A stretch of 40,910 nucleotides of DNA, taken from positions 1 through 40,910 of the IMG/VR virus record IMGVR_UViG_3300045988_035032; one strand, given 5' to 3'. Below are positions 6,748 through 13,654 of the stretch, piece after piece. The DNA is from a virus. Below the pieces are notes generated by a model, which saw only the letters and a list, made by a program, of their open reading frames with translations, searched no databases and was not told the origin of the DNA. A program made the position numbers and the translations under genes. Positions within the stretch are counted from its first letter, which is position 1, and the number at the start of each line of letters is the position of its first letter.

Positions 6748-7194
6748 GTTCAAATTTTCGTGGTTTTCGTATGCAATCTCCTGCAGCTGCTTATACAGCA
6801 CCTGGATATTGTATTTTTTGGGGAACTCAAACTTTTTTTCACTGACAGACACGCCAGTATTTGCCTTGTAGTAGGGGGAGGTGATGTACGAAATATTGAT
6901 CTCGCTGTCATCCAGCCCAAAGCCGGAAGTCTCTGCAGAAACGTGGATAACGCTGGACAGGTTGATGGAATCCACCCGCATCTTTTGGCCAGTAGCCCCC
7001 TGCTTGTCAAAATCGATGATGCGCTTGTCTGTGAACAGTACCACGTCACGCACAAGACGGAAGCCAGTTTGAATCGTTTCACCTTCCATCAAGTATGCGC
7101 CGTATTCTTTTGTCAAATCCTCTACAGACACCTCACTCATATTACCGAGCATACCGGAAGCCAAAGAGCCGCCCAACTTACCAATTAGTCCCAT
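6742..7194 (-). CDS. Bacterial PH-domain protein (YokE-like / bPH)
   Basis: GAGAGGAGAA RBS. Pattern YLMEGETIQTGFRLVRDVVLFTDKRIIDFDKQG...MRVDSINLSSV. Confidence 0.75.
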   Translation of the reverse strand: MGLIGKLGGSLASGMLGNMSEVSVEDLTKEYGAYLMEGETIQTGFRLVRDVVLFTDKRIIDFDKQGATGQKMRVDSINLSSVIHVSAETSGFGLDDSEINISYITSPYYKANTGVSVSEKKFEFPKKYNIQVLYKQLQEIAYENHENLNK

Positions 7195-7236
7195 AGTAAT
7201 TCTCCTCTCTATCTTTTCCGCCCTCCGGCGGTTGGA

Positions 7237-8073
7237 TCACATTATTTTTGCATTGTGCCCGTCCAATATTTCTTTAGCCATTTCATCATGGCCAAAGGCA
7301 TACGCAGTGAAAATACATGCTATTTCATCAATAGTGAAATTTTTATACGGAGCAACTATCCCGAAATACTCGCTTTGCAATTTTGCAATAATATGTTCAT
7401 CTGTTTCATCAAGTATTCTGCTTATCTCTCTGATATTTTCTATGATATTATTGGGAAGAAATGGAGAACCATTTCCGTTCAGGTCATAAAATAAAACTTG
7501 GGCAAGATGGGGAAAAGCATCTCCATAACGCTTTTCCTCCATTAAAAATTGATACATGGAATACTGTGTATTGCGATACGATCCAAATTGCCGATTTTTC
7601 ATATATTCAAGAGACTTTCTGTTAAATTCTCCCCAAATTAAATCTCTATAAGGTATTTCTGGATACTTATTAACCAGAATACTTAACGAGGAAAGAGATA
7701 TATCATAGGATTTGTGGTGTCGAATATAGGAAATGTATTCCCCATTTACAACTTCACGCTCGCCGAGCTGTGTCAATTTCCCCCCGGAAGCAAATCCACG
7801 CTGTTCCAAATCTCGCATTAGTGCGGGCACATCGTCCACACCAAATTCATATTGCCAGAACCGGGCAACAGGTTTTCCAGCGGAATATTTTTCATAATAA
7901 GAGAGCAAAAGAATTTCGTGCGGATAAAGCCCGGATTCATCTTTTTGAAAATTTCTTGTTTCTTGCTTCGCGAGGCTCTTTCTGCTTTCCGAAATTTCTT
8001 CTGCACTTGGCGTATATACCTTGAAATTGACAGCAGAAGCAGATTTCTTTTTCAAAAAATCGAACAATCCCAT
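7237..8073 (-). CDS. Hypothetical 278-aa protein, AT-rich cargo gene in the lysogeny operon
   Basis: GAGGTG RBS precedes ATG 8073, which is preferred over 8160. The start lies 10 nt after the ImmA stop. No family recognised. Confidence 0.7.
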   Translation of the reverse strand: MGLFDFLKKKSASAVNFKVYTPSAEEISESRKSLAKQETRNFQKDESGLYPHEILLLSYYEKYSAGKPVARFWQYEFGVDDVPALMRDLEQRGFASGGKLTQLGEREVVNGEYISYIRHHKSYDISLSSLSILVNKYPEIPYRDLIWGEFNRKSLEYMKNRQFGSYRNTQYSMYQFLMEEKRYGDAFPHLAQVLFYDLNGNGSPFLPNNIIENIREISRILDETDEHIIAKLQSEYFGIVAPYKNFTIDEIACIFTAYAFGHDEMAKEILDGHNAKIM

Positions 8074-8083
8074 ATCAGCACCT

Positions 8084-8509
8084 CTAAAAATACAATTCCG
8101 TCGCCAAATTCCCGTAGGTATACCAACAGACGGCCTTTCGCATAAAATCCTCGGTAACATGGAAATAGTCTGCTAAGTCCCACATTTCTATATGACCATC
8201 AGCGATAGCTTCATCCAAGGCACACACAGGTATCATTTCTTCAATTGCCCACTTGTCCGCCCTGTGCTCGTGCTTTTGCCGAACATCACGGGCCGCCCAT
8301 CGGTTATAAAACGCCCCGGTTTTACAGTGCCCAAGCTCATGGGCCAAATGGACACGTTTGCTGGCCTCGTCCTCTAAAACACCGTAGTCCATCCCAATAT
8401 AGCACCGTCTGTCCGTCTGGACACACATGGAACCATTCTCCGGGATACTTAGATACATAATCGGAATATCGGAATCCTGCGCTTCCTGAAACAGCTTGGC
8501 AGTCTCCAT
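8084..8509 (-). CDS. immA: ImmA/IrrE-family zinc metallopeptidase (anti-repressor protease)
   Basis: HELGH motif. The start overlaps the repressor stop (TAATG). Confidence 0.85.
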   Translation of the reverse strand: METAKLFQEAQDSDIPIMYLSIPENGSMCVQTDRRCYIGMDYGVLEDEASKRVHLAHELGHCKTGAFYNRWAARDVRQKHEHRADKWAIEEMIPVCALDEAIADGHIEMWDLADYFHVTEDFMRKAVCWYTYGNLATELYF

Positions 8510-8868
8510 TATTTCTTCTCCTTTTCCGCCTCCTCCCGGAGTTTGACCATCTGGGCGAAGCGTTTTACCTCATCGTACATGGCATCGGTGATCTCACCGT
8601 CGCCCCCAAACAGGGCAAATTTAATATCGTCGTCGCTGACTTTGCGTTCACTCTCCAGGGTGGGCGCTTTTTTTGTTTCTTCTCCGGTTAAGAGGTAGTC
8701 GGAAGAAACTTCAAGGTAGCTCGCAATTTTAGCAAGCCTGTCGGCAGGAAAAACACCCTTTCTAAGTTGCCCAATATAACCGTTAGAAAACTTCAAATCG
8801 CTTTCTAACTTAGAAATTGGTATTTTACGCTCTTTGCAAATTGCTTTTACCCTCTCAACACAGTTCAT
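8509..8868 (-). CDS. XRE-family HTH phage repressor (CI/ImmR-like)
   Basis: GGAGGG RBS precedes ATG 8868. HTH IPISKLESDLKFSNGYIGQLRKG. The gene is divergent from the cro-like gene. Confidence 0.85.
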   Translation of the reverse strand: MNCVERVKAICKERKIPISKLESDLKFSNGYIGQLRKGVFPADRLAKIASYLEVSSDYLLTGEETKKAPTLESERKVSDDDIKFALFGGDGEITDAMYDEVKRFAQMVKLREEAEKEKK

Positions 8869-8909
8869 AGAGTACCCTCCAAAAATTCGAGAAAAGCCTA
8901 AAAATAGAC

Positions 8910-8938
8910 TTGACAAATTAGAGAATACTCGATATAAT
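8910..8938 (+). promoter_or_regulatory. Rightward early promoter (TTGACA-17-TATAAT)
   Basis: Perfect -35 (8910-8915) and -10 (8933-8938) with a 17-nt spacer containing an operator. Confidence 0.7.
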
Positions 8939-9047
8939 GGACTTGTGATTTAGAGAATCACCTAATTCATTTGAGTAATCTCATATGTTTGTAGCAATTC
9001 ATATTTTAGATTATTCTCTAATGAATGTCAAGAGTATTCTCTAATTT
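8915..9047. promoter_or_regulatory. Four operator sites with core TTAGAGAAT
   Basis: Cores at 8918-8926 (+), 8950-8958 (+), 9013-9021 (-) and 9036-9044 (-). 8915-8930 is the exact reverse complement of 9032-9047 (16 nt). Confidence 0.75.
9003..9031 (-). promoter_or_regulatory. Leftward promoter for the repressor operon (TTGACA-17-TAAAAT)
   Basis: On the minus strand, -35 is at 9031-9026 and -10 at 9008-9003. The spacer contains an operator. Confidence 0.65.
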
Positions 9048-9076
9048 TGCAATAGAAAAGGAAGGAGGGCTTTTAT

Positions 9077-9286
9077 TTGATTTATACAAATATCTCCAAT
9101 CTTTGCAGAGATAAAGGTATTAGCATTGCAAAACTGGAGCGGGAATTGGGGTTTGGAAATTCGACAGTCAGAGGTTGGGCAAACTCATCTCCTACTGTAG
9201 AGAAGCTAAAAGCGGTCGCTGACTATTTCAGCGTCACCGTAGACGACCTTCTCGCAGAAAATGGTAGCACCGAACCTGTCCAATAA
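9077..9286 (+). CDS. Cro-like XRE HTH protein (TTG start)
   Basis: GGAAGGAGGG RBS lies 8 nt upstream. HTH ISIAKLERELGFGNSTVRGWAN. Confidence 0.8.
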   Translation: MIYTNISNLCRDKGISIAKLERELGFGNSTVRGWANSSPTVEKLKAVADYFSVTVDDLLAENGSTEPVQ

Positions 9287-9338
9287 AACGGGACGAAAAT
9301 CCACCTGTTACGAAGTAGGAAGAAAGGAGGAGCTAATA

Positions 9339-9548
9339 GTGTGTTTGCCGCGGATGAGGACAGCCAGCGGAGCGATGAAAGAGATCAGGCAAATGGACCC
9401 AAACACAAATATTACAGAAAGCGCAATTAGAAGAGCAATCAAGCGTGGTGAAGTAAAGTCCGTGACTAATGGGGTGAAACACTTGGTGAACTTGGATGAT
9501 CTCCTAGCTTACTTTGCAGGGGAATCGGAGATAGAACCGGCAAAATAA
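9339..9548 (+). CDS. Excisionase-like / MerR-type HTH DNA-binding protein
   Basis: AAAGGAGGA RBS precedes GTG 9339. Pattern ITESAIRRAIKRGEVKSV..GVKHLVNLDDLLAYF. Confidence 0.6.
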   Translation: MCLPRMRTASGAMKEIRQMDPNTNITESAIRRAIKRGEVKSVTNGVKHLVNLDDLLAYFAGESEIEPAK

Positions 9549-9645
9549 TTGCCCCCACCCGTGGTAGCGCACGGATGAGGGCGAAGTAAAGAAGTTCTGT
9601 ACCTTGTATTTTAGCATGGTGCGGGACGGAATACAAGGAGGAAAT

Positions 9646-9795
9646 ATGTTTAGTTTTGAGGATTATATGGATGCGCTAAAAGGTGCGGGCCCGAAGTTAA
9701 AAGAAATGGTCCTTGAACGTGCAGAGCGAGAGGGCAACCTGGATCTCCGGGAGTTTAAGAGGCTAGTTGATTTTGCGTATCCAGACCCTGTTTAA
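9646..9795 (+). CDS. Small hypothetical protein (49 aa)
   Basis: AAGGAGG RBS precedes ATG 9646. The RBS is partly inside a 9-bp hairpin. Confidence 0.5.
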   Translation: MFSFEDYMDALKGAGPKLKEMVLERAEREGNLDLREFKRLVDFAYPDPV

Positions 9796-9888
9796 ATAAA
9801 AACGCCCCGCCAGGTGCTGGACACACCTGACGAGGGCTGGCAAACCTAACTGACCACACCAATTAGGCTTGATGGATATATCATACTA

Positions 9889-9900
9889 GAACATCTGTTC
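9889..9900. promoter_or_regulatory. Candidate LexA (Cheo) box GAACATCTGTTC
   Basis: Matches the GAAC-N4-GTTC palindrome, about 27 nt upstream of the ORF at 9927. Confidence 0.4.
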
Positions 9901-9926
9901 TCTGTCAAGCCGGAAAGGAAAATTTT

Positions 9927-10124
9927 ATGAAAAAAACGCTTGAAGAGAACGACAGCATTAAGGACCTTGGGACGCAGAGCCGGAATTCCAGGATGCATAT
10001 GAACAATCTGGAACGGGATCATTACGGAGTTGATGTGCCGGAGCTGCTTAAAACGGTTCGGAATTTAGCCGAAGTCATGGCGAGAATCCTAGACCGGGAG
10101 GACAGAAATGAAAACTCCAAATGA
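9927..10124 (+). CDS. Hypothetical protein
   Basis: GGAAAGGAAA RBS. The gene is coupled to the next ORF. Confidence 0.55.
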   Translation: MKKTLEENDSIKDLGTQSRNSRMHMNNLERDHYGVDVPELLKTVRNLAEVMARILDREDRNENSK

Positions 10125-10305
10125 GATAGTCCGCCGTATCACCCAGCGGGCTATGGAGCGGCACCGGCTGTCGCAAAGGGGCCTTGCCCATGAGATCGGA
10201 TGCGGCGATGGCTCTATTGCAAAGCTACTGGACGAGCAAGAGGTACGCCTTACTCAGGAGCAGTGGTTCTATTTGATGACACTGGGAGGAATCAGAATTG
10301 TTTGA
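10108..10305 (+). CDS. Small HTH protein
   Basis: LSQRGLAHEIGCGDGSIAKLL is HTH-like. GGAGGACAGAA RBS. Confidence 0.6.
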   Translation: MKTPNEIVRRITQRAMERHRLSQRGLAHEIGCGDGSIAKLLDEQEVRLTQEQWFYLMTLGGIRIV

Positions 10306-10393
10306 GTTTTTATCCGTGGTGTGCATGGTGTGCATCGTGATCTGTACCGCCCTCGCTGTGGCGGAATTTATGGAAAAGAGGCGGAAAAAGTGA
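10298..10393 (+). CDS. Possible 31-aa hydrophobic peptide (TTG start; not in ORF track)
   Basis: GGGAGGA RBS lies 7 nt before TTG. Product FEFLSVVCMVCIVICTALAVAEFMEKRRKK. The stop overlaps the next GTG. Confidence 0.3.
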   Translation: MFEFLSVVCMVCIVICTALAVAEFMEKRRKK

Positions 10394-10563
10394 AGTACAT
10401 TGAGGACGGACGCTCTCTGGTGGAGCGAAACCACGACGCTAGAGAATATTGCTATCAGTGCCGCCGGGAGCGTGAGGCACGCATGAACCGCATTGTGAGG
10501 CGGTGCCTGGTGGTGTCTAGCATGATCTTTATGTGCTCCCTGCTGGTGGGGTGGGCACTGTGA
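10390..10563 (+). CDS. Small Cys-containing protein with C-terminal hydrophobic tail
   Basis: GTGA overlap with the upstream peptide. Contains YIEDGRS...CYQC. Confidence 0.4.
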   Translation: MKYIEDGRSLVERNHDAREYCYQCRREREARMNRIVRRCLVVSSMIFMCSLLVGWAL

Positions 10564-10760
10564 GAGATCCGCAGGATGCATTTCCTGCATGGTACTGCTC
10601 CAAGTGCGGAGCGGAACAGTATGAGAGCGACCCGGAGTATGTAGAGGACGGGCGGTCCTACTGCGAAGAATGTTTCCGGGAGAAGATCGAGGAGCTATTG
10701 ACGATCAGTCCTGAGATCGTTGCCAATTATCTGGGAATAAAGGTTGAAAGGAGGATATAG
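10560..10760 (+). CDS. Small zinc-ribbon protein
   Basis: GTGA overlap with the upstream gene. CSKCG...YVEDGRSYCEEC. Confidence 0.5.
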   Translation: MRDPQDAFPAWYCSKCGAEQYESDPEYVEDGRSYCEECFREKIEELLTISPEIVANYLGIKVERRI

Positions 10761-10761
10761 C

Positions 10762-11406
10762 ATGAGTCGTTTAATCTGCATTATGGGAGAATCCGGCAGC
10801 GGTAAGACAACAGCCATGCGGACGCTGGACCCATCCACAACCTATTATATCGACTGCGACGGAAAAGGACTGGCCTGGAAAGACTGGCGGAGCCAATACA
10901 ATGAAGCCAATAGGAATTTTGCATATACCAGAGACATTCAGAAAATCGCTGGCCTAGTTGTCAATATCAGCCAGAAAAAACCAGAGACGAAAACCATTGT
11001 CATCGACACGTTGAACACCTGTATGGTGGACAAAGAAGTAAAAAGTATGAAAGAAACGGGTTTTGGCAAATGGATAGACTTGACACAGTTTGTGTGGGAC
11101 TTGATTGAGACAGCCGGCCGGCAGCGGGACGATCTGACCATCATTTTTGTCATGCATAGTGAGACGATCCGGGATGATTTTGGATACAGCTTTACAAGAA
11201 TTAAAACGAATGGCAGAAAACTGGAAAAGCTGGTCCCGGAAAGTCTGTTTGGGACTGTTCTACTGGCCAAGAAGACCGATGATGACCGCTATATATTCGA
11301 GACGCAGGCAAAAAACAGCACAGCAAAAAGCCCCATGGGAGCCTTTAAATCCTTTGAGATCGATAATGACATGGGATTTGTTCTAAAGGCATTGGAGGAC
11401 TTCTGA
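10762..11406 (+). CDS. Sak4-like RecA-fold AAA ATPase (recombination)
   Basis: Walker A GESGSGKT and Walker B VIDTL. GGAGGA RBS. The gene sits upstream of an SSB-like gene. Confidence 0.85.
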   Translation: MSRLICIMGESGSGKTTAMRTLDPSTTYYIDCDGKGLAWKDWRSQYNEANRNFAYTRDIQKIAGLVVNISQKKPETKTIVIDTLNTCMVDKEVKSMKETGFGKWIDLTQFVWDLIETAGRQRDDLTIIFVMHSETIRDDFGYSFTRIKTNGRKLEKLVPESLFGTVLLAKKTDDDRYIFETQAKNSTAKSPMGAFKSFEIDNDMGFVLKALEDF

Positions 11407-11615
11407 TGGGTAAGGCAAAGGACGAAGGGGTAACCAGCTATACCAAAGTAACCGTAGACCTGTTTTTCCCCGATGACCGTGTATGCTGTGAATTTTGCCC
11501 ATTATTAGAAACATACGCAAGAAAACAGTGCCGAAGGACGGCTGAATACATCGTAGACACTCGTTATAGAGGGTATTGGTGCCCTTTAAATATTATCGAA
11601 AATACGGAGGAATAG
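11406..11615 (+). CDS. Small Cys-rich protein
   Basis: TGATG coupling. CCEFCP...QCRR...WCP. Confidence 0.6.
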   Translation: MGKAKDEGVTSYTKVTVDLFFPDDRVCCEFCPLLETYARKQCRRTAEYIVDTRYRGYWCPLNIIENTEE

Positions 11616-11619
11616 AGTA

Positions 11620-12186
11620 ATGAAACAGTTTAGCGGATTTGAAGCCAAGAAGTCTGCTGGGGCCAGAGAGCTCCTTCCTGCTGGTGGCTATGTCGCCAAA
11701 ATTCTAAATGCCGAGGAGGTTTCCTACGACTGGGGGAATGTACTTCTGATCTCCTTTGATATTCTGGAGGGCCAGTACAAAGACTTTTTTGCAAAGGATT
11801 ATAAAGAGCAGGATCGAGAGGACAAGAAATGGAGAGGAACTTACCGCCTTTCTGAGCCAAAAGATGACGGGAGCGAAAAGGACGGATGGACTAAGCGCGC
11901 TTTTGGAAATGCTGTCTGGTCCATCGAGGCCAGCAACCCTGGCTACCACTGGGACTGGGATGAAACGAAGCTGAAAGGAAAACTTGTTGGCGTTTTGTTC
12001 CGCAATCGGGAGTGGGAAATGAACGGAAATACTGGTTGGACCACGGAGTGTTGCGCTCTGACTGATGTAGACGATATTCGGCAGGGAAAGTATCGACAGC
12101 CAAAGGACAAGCCGTTAAAAGTCACCAGTGCCGCAGAAAACAGCTTTGCCCAAATCAATGAAGACAGTGGGGAGCTGCCCTTCTGA
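11620..12186 (+). CDS. DUF669-like phage ssDNA-binding protein
   Basis: LPAGGYVAKILNAEE...ISFDILEGQYKDFF pattern. The acidic C-terminal tip EDSGELPF resembles the SSB tail. Confidence 0.7.
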   Translation: MKQFSGFEAKKSAGARELLPAGGYVAKILNAEEVSYDWGNVLLISFDILEGQYKDFFAKDYKEQDREDKKWRGTYRLSEPKDDGSEKDGWTKRAFGNAVWSIEASNPGYHWDWDETKLKGKLVGVLFRNREWEMNGNTGWTTECCALTDVDDIRQGKYRQPKDKPLKVTSAAENSFAQINEDSGELPF

Positions 12187-12701
12187 TGGATCATTTTTCG
12201 GTCAAGCGCGCCCTATCTACAATGTCCGTTTTATGGGACACTAGAGAACAGGACACACCACGGGCCAGAAAACGTATGGAGCAGATCGGAGCCCCGATTG
12301 AGAGAGTAGCCCTCTCTTTCGGGGATTACTCCGTTAAGTGTGACACATTGGACTTAAGGGACCAGGTAGCTATTGAGCGTAAGATGGATTTGACCGAACT
12401 GGCTCACTGCTATTGTCAAGACCGGAAACGCTTTGTCAGGGAGTTTAAGCGGGCTAAAGAGGCAGGGGCAAAGTTATACCTCTTGGTGGAGAATGGGAGT
12501 CTTGACGAGGCTTACAGCGGCCATTATAGGGCAAGAGTTCACCCGGCATCACTAACGGCCTCTATGCTGGCTTGGCTGGCCCGCTATAACTGCCAAATCC
12601 TGTTTTGCAAAGAGGAGAACAGCGGACGGGTCATCCATGATGTACTGTACAGGGAGCTAAAGGAGCGATTGGAGGAAATGCCGGATGAAGAAGAAATTTA
12701 G
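12186..12701 (+). CDS. ERCC4-type nuclease
   Basis: DTREQ, GDY and ERK motifs occur in ERCC4 order. TGATG coupling. Confidence 0.7.
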   Translation: MDHFSVKRALSTMSVLWDTREQDTPRARKRMEQIGAPIERVALSFGDYSVKCDTLDLRDQVAIERKMDLTELAHCYCQDRKRFVREFKRAKEAGAKLYLLVENGSLDEAYSGHYRARVHPASLTASMLAWLARYNCQILFCKEENSGRVIHDVLYRELKERLEEMPDEEEI

Positions 12702-12861
12702 AATCACCTGCACCCATAATCCCCAGGACTTTTTCAATGGACAGGAACCGGCGGAACTTTCCAAAACTTACATAACCGACAACTTAGAATTGGACACCAG
12801 CAGAGAAATCCATGATGGTTACCAGGTGATTGTATCGGAGGCTGAAAAGGATGAAGAATGA
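12685..12861 (+). CDS. Hypothetical 58-aa protein (not in ORF track)
   Basis: ATG 12685 overlaps the upstream 3' end, and the stop overlaps the next start. Confidence 0.4.
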   Translation: MKKKFRITCTHNPQDFFNGQEPAELSKTYITDNLELDTSREIHDGYQVIVSEAEKDEE

Positions 12862-13039
12862 AAAGCGGAGAATTAAGACCGACCACCTTCCGTGCCGCTA
12901 TGACTTTAAGGTTATGACCAATGGAAGGCCTATGACCCTGTACGACTTGACGATGGATGAGCTGACCTGTCTCATGGATGTTTATTTCAGAAACGGATAT
13001 GAGCAGATATATGCCAGAATCGCCTCAACATGGGAGTAA
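12851..13039 (+). CDS. Hypothetical protein
   Basis: GGAGGCTGAAAAGG precedes ATG 12851. Confidence 0.5.
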   Translation: MKNEKRRIKTDHLPCRYDFKVMTNGRPMTLYDLTMDELTCLMDVYFRNGYEQIYARIASTWE

Positions 13040-13042
13040 GCT

Positions 13043-13654
13043 ATGGACGAAAAAGCAGGGTGGATCAAACTCTGGAGAAAATTTGCGGATGACCCCTTAT
13101 GGGTTTCGGAACCATTTACCAAAGGACAAGCTTGGGTTGACCTGCTTCTTATGGCCCAAGGGACGGAGAATACAATTTTCAAAAATGGGAAATTTATGGA
13201 GTTCCAGCCTGGAACTGTCTATAAGAGCATCTTAGAATTGTCCAAGCGATGGAAATGGAGCCGGAACAAGGTTAGTAGATTTTTAAAATCCCTCGAAAAT
13301 GAAACAATGGTTGAAACAAAGAGTGATACAACGAATGGAACAACGATAACCATTGAAAATTGGGAGGTTTACCAGGGCAGAGGGCAACAAACGAAACAAC
13401 GCCGTGAACGAAAATCGGACAACTCACGGACAACGGACGGACATAATAAAGAAGGAATAAGAAGGAATAGAAGAAAAGAAGATAGCTGCGGCGTCGCCGC
13501 GCCGTCTGAGGACGGCGGGCTCCCCGCCGAGGGGACGGGTGATGACTCCATTGTGATTGATGGGAGGTTGTACAGATTCCCATCCAGGTGGAGACGAGAC
13601 GCAGAAGCTATGGGGAAGGACCTTGGCCTGTTCGTAAAGGGGATGTACCAATGA
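13043..13654 (+). CDS. Replisome organiser / DnaD-like replication initiation protein
   Basis: N-terminal WIKLWRKF...WVDLLLMA winged-helix pattern and basic middle region. The gene lies immediately upstream of the primase-helicase. Confidence 0.7.
   Translation: MDEKAGWIKLWRKFADDPLWVSEPFTKGQAWVDLLLMAQGTENTIFKNGKFMEFQPGTVYKSILELSKRWKWSRNKVSRFLKSLENETMVETKSDTTNGTTITIENWEVYQGRGQQTKQRRERKSDNSRTTDGHNKEGIRRNRRKEDSCGVAAPSEDGGLPAEGTGDDSIVIDGRLYRFPSRWRRDAEAMGKDLGLFVKGMYQ

Noticed and set aside
8869-8916. N-terminal extension of the repressor ORF to 8916, and similarly of the 7237 ORF to 8160.
   Set aside because: The extensions overlap the rightward promoter or the immA gene. The internal ATGs at 8868 and 8073 have strong GGAGG-type RBSs.
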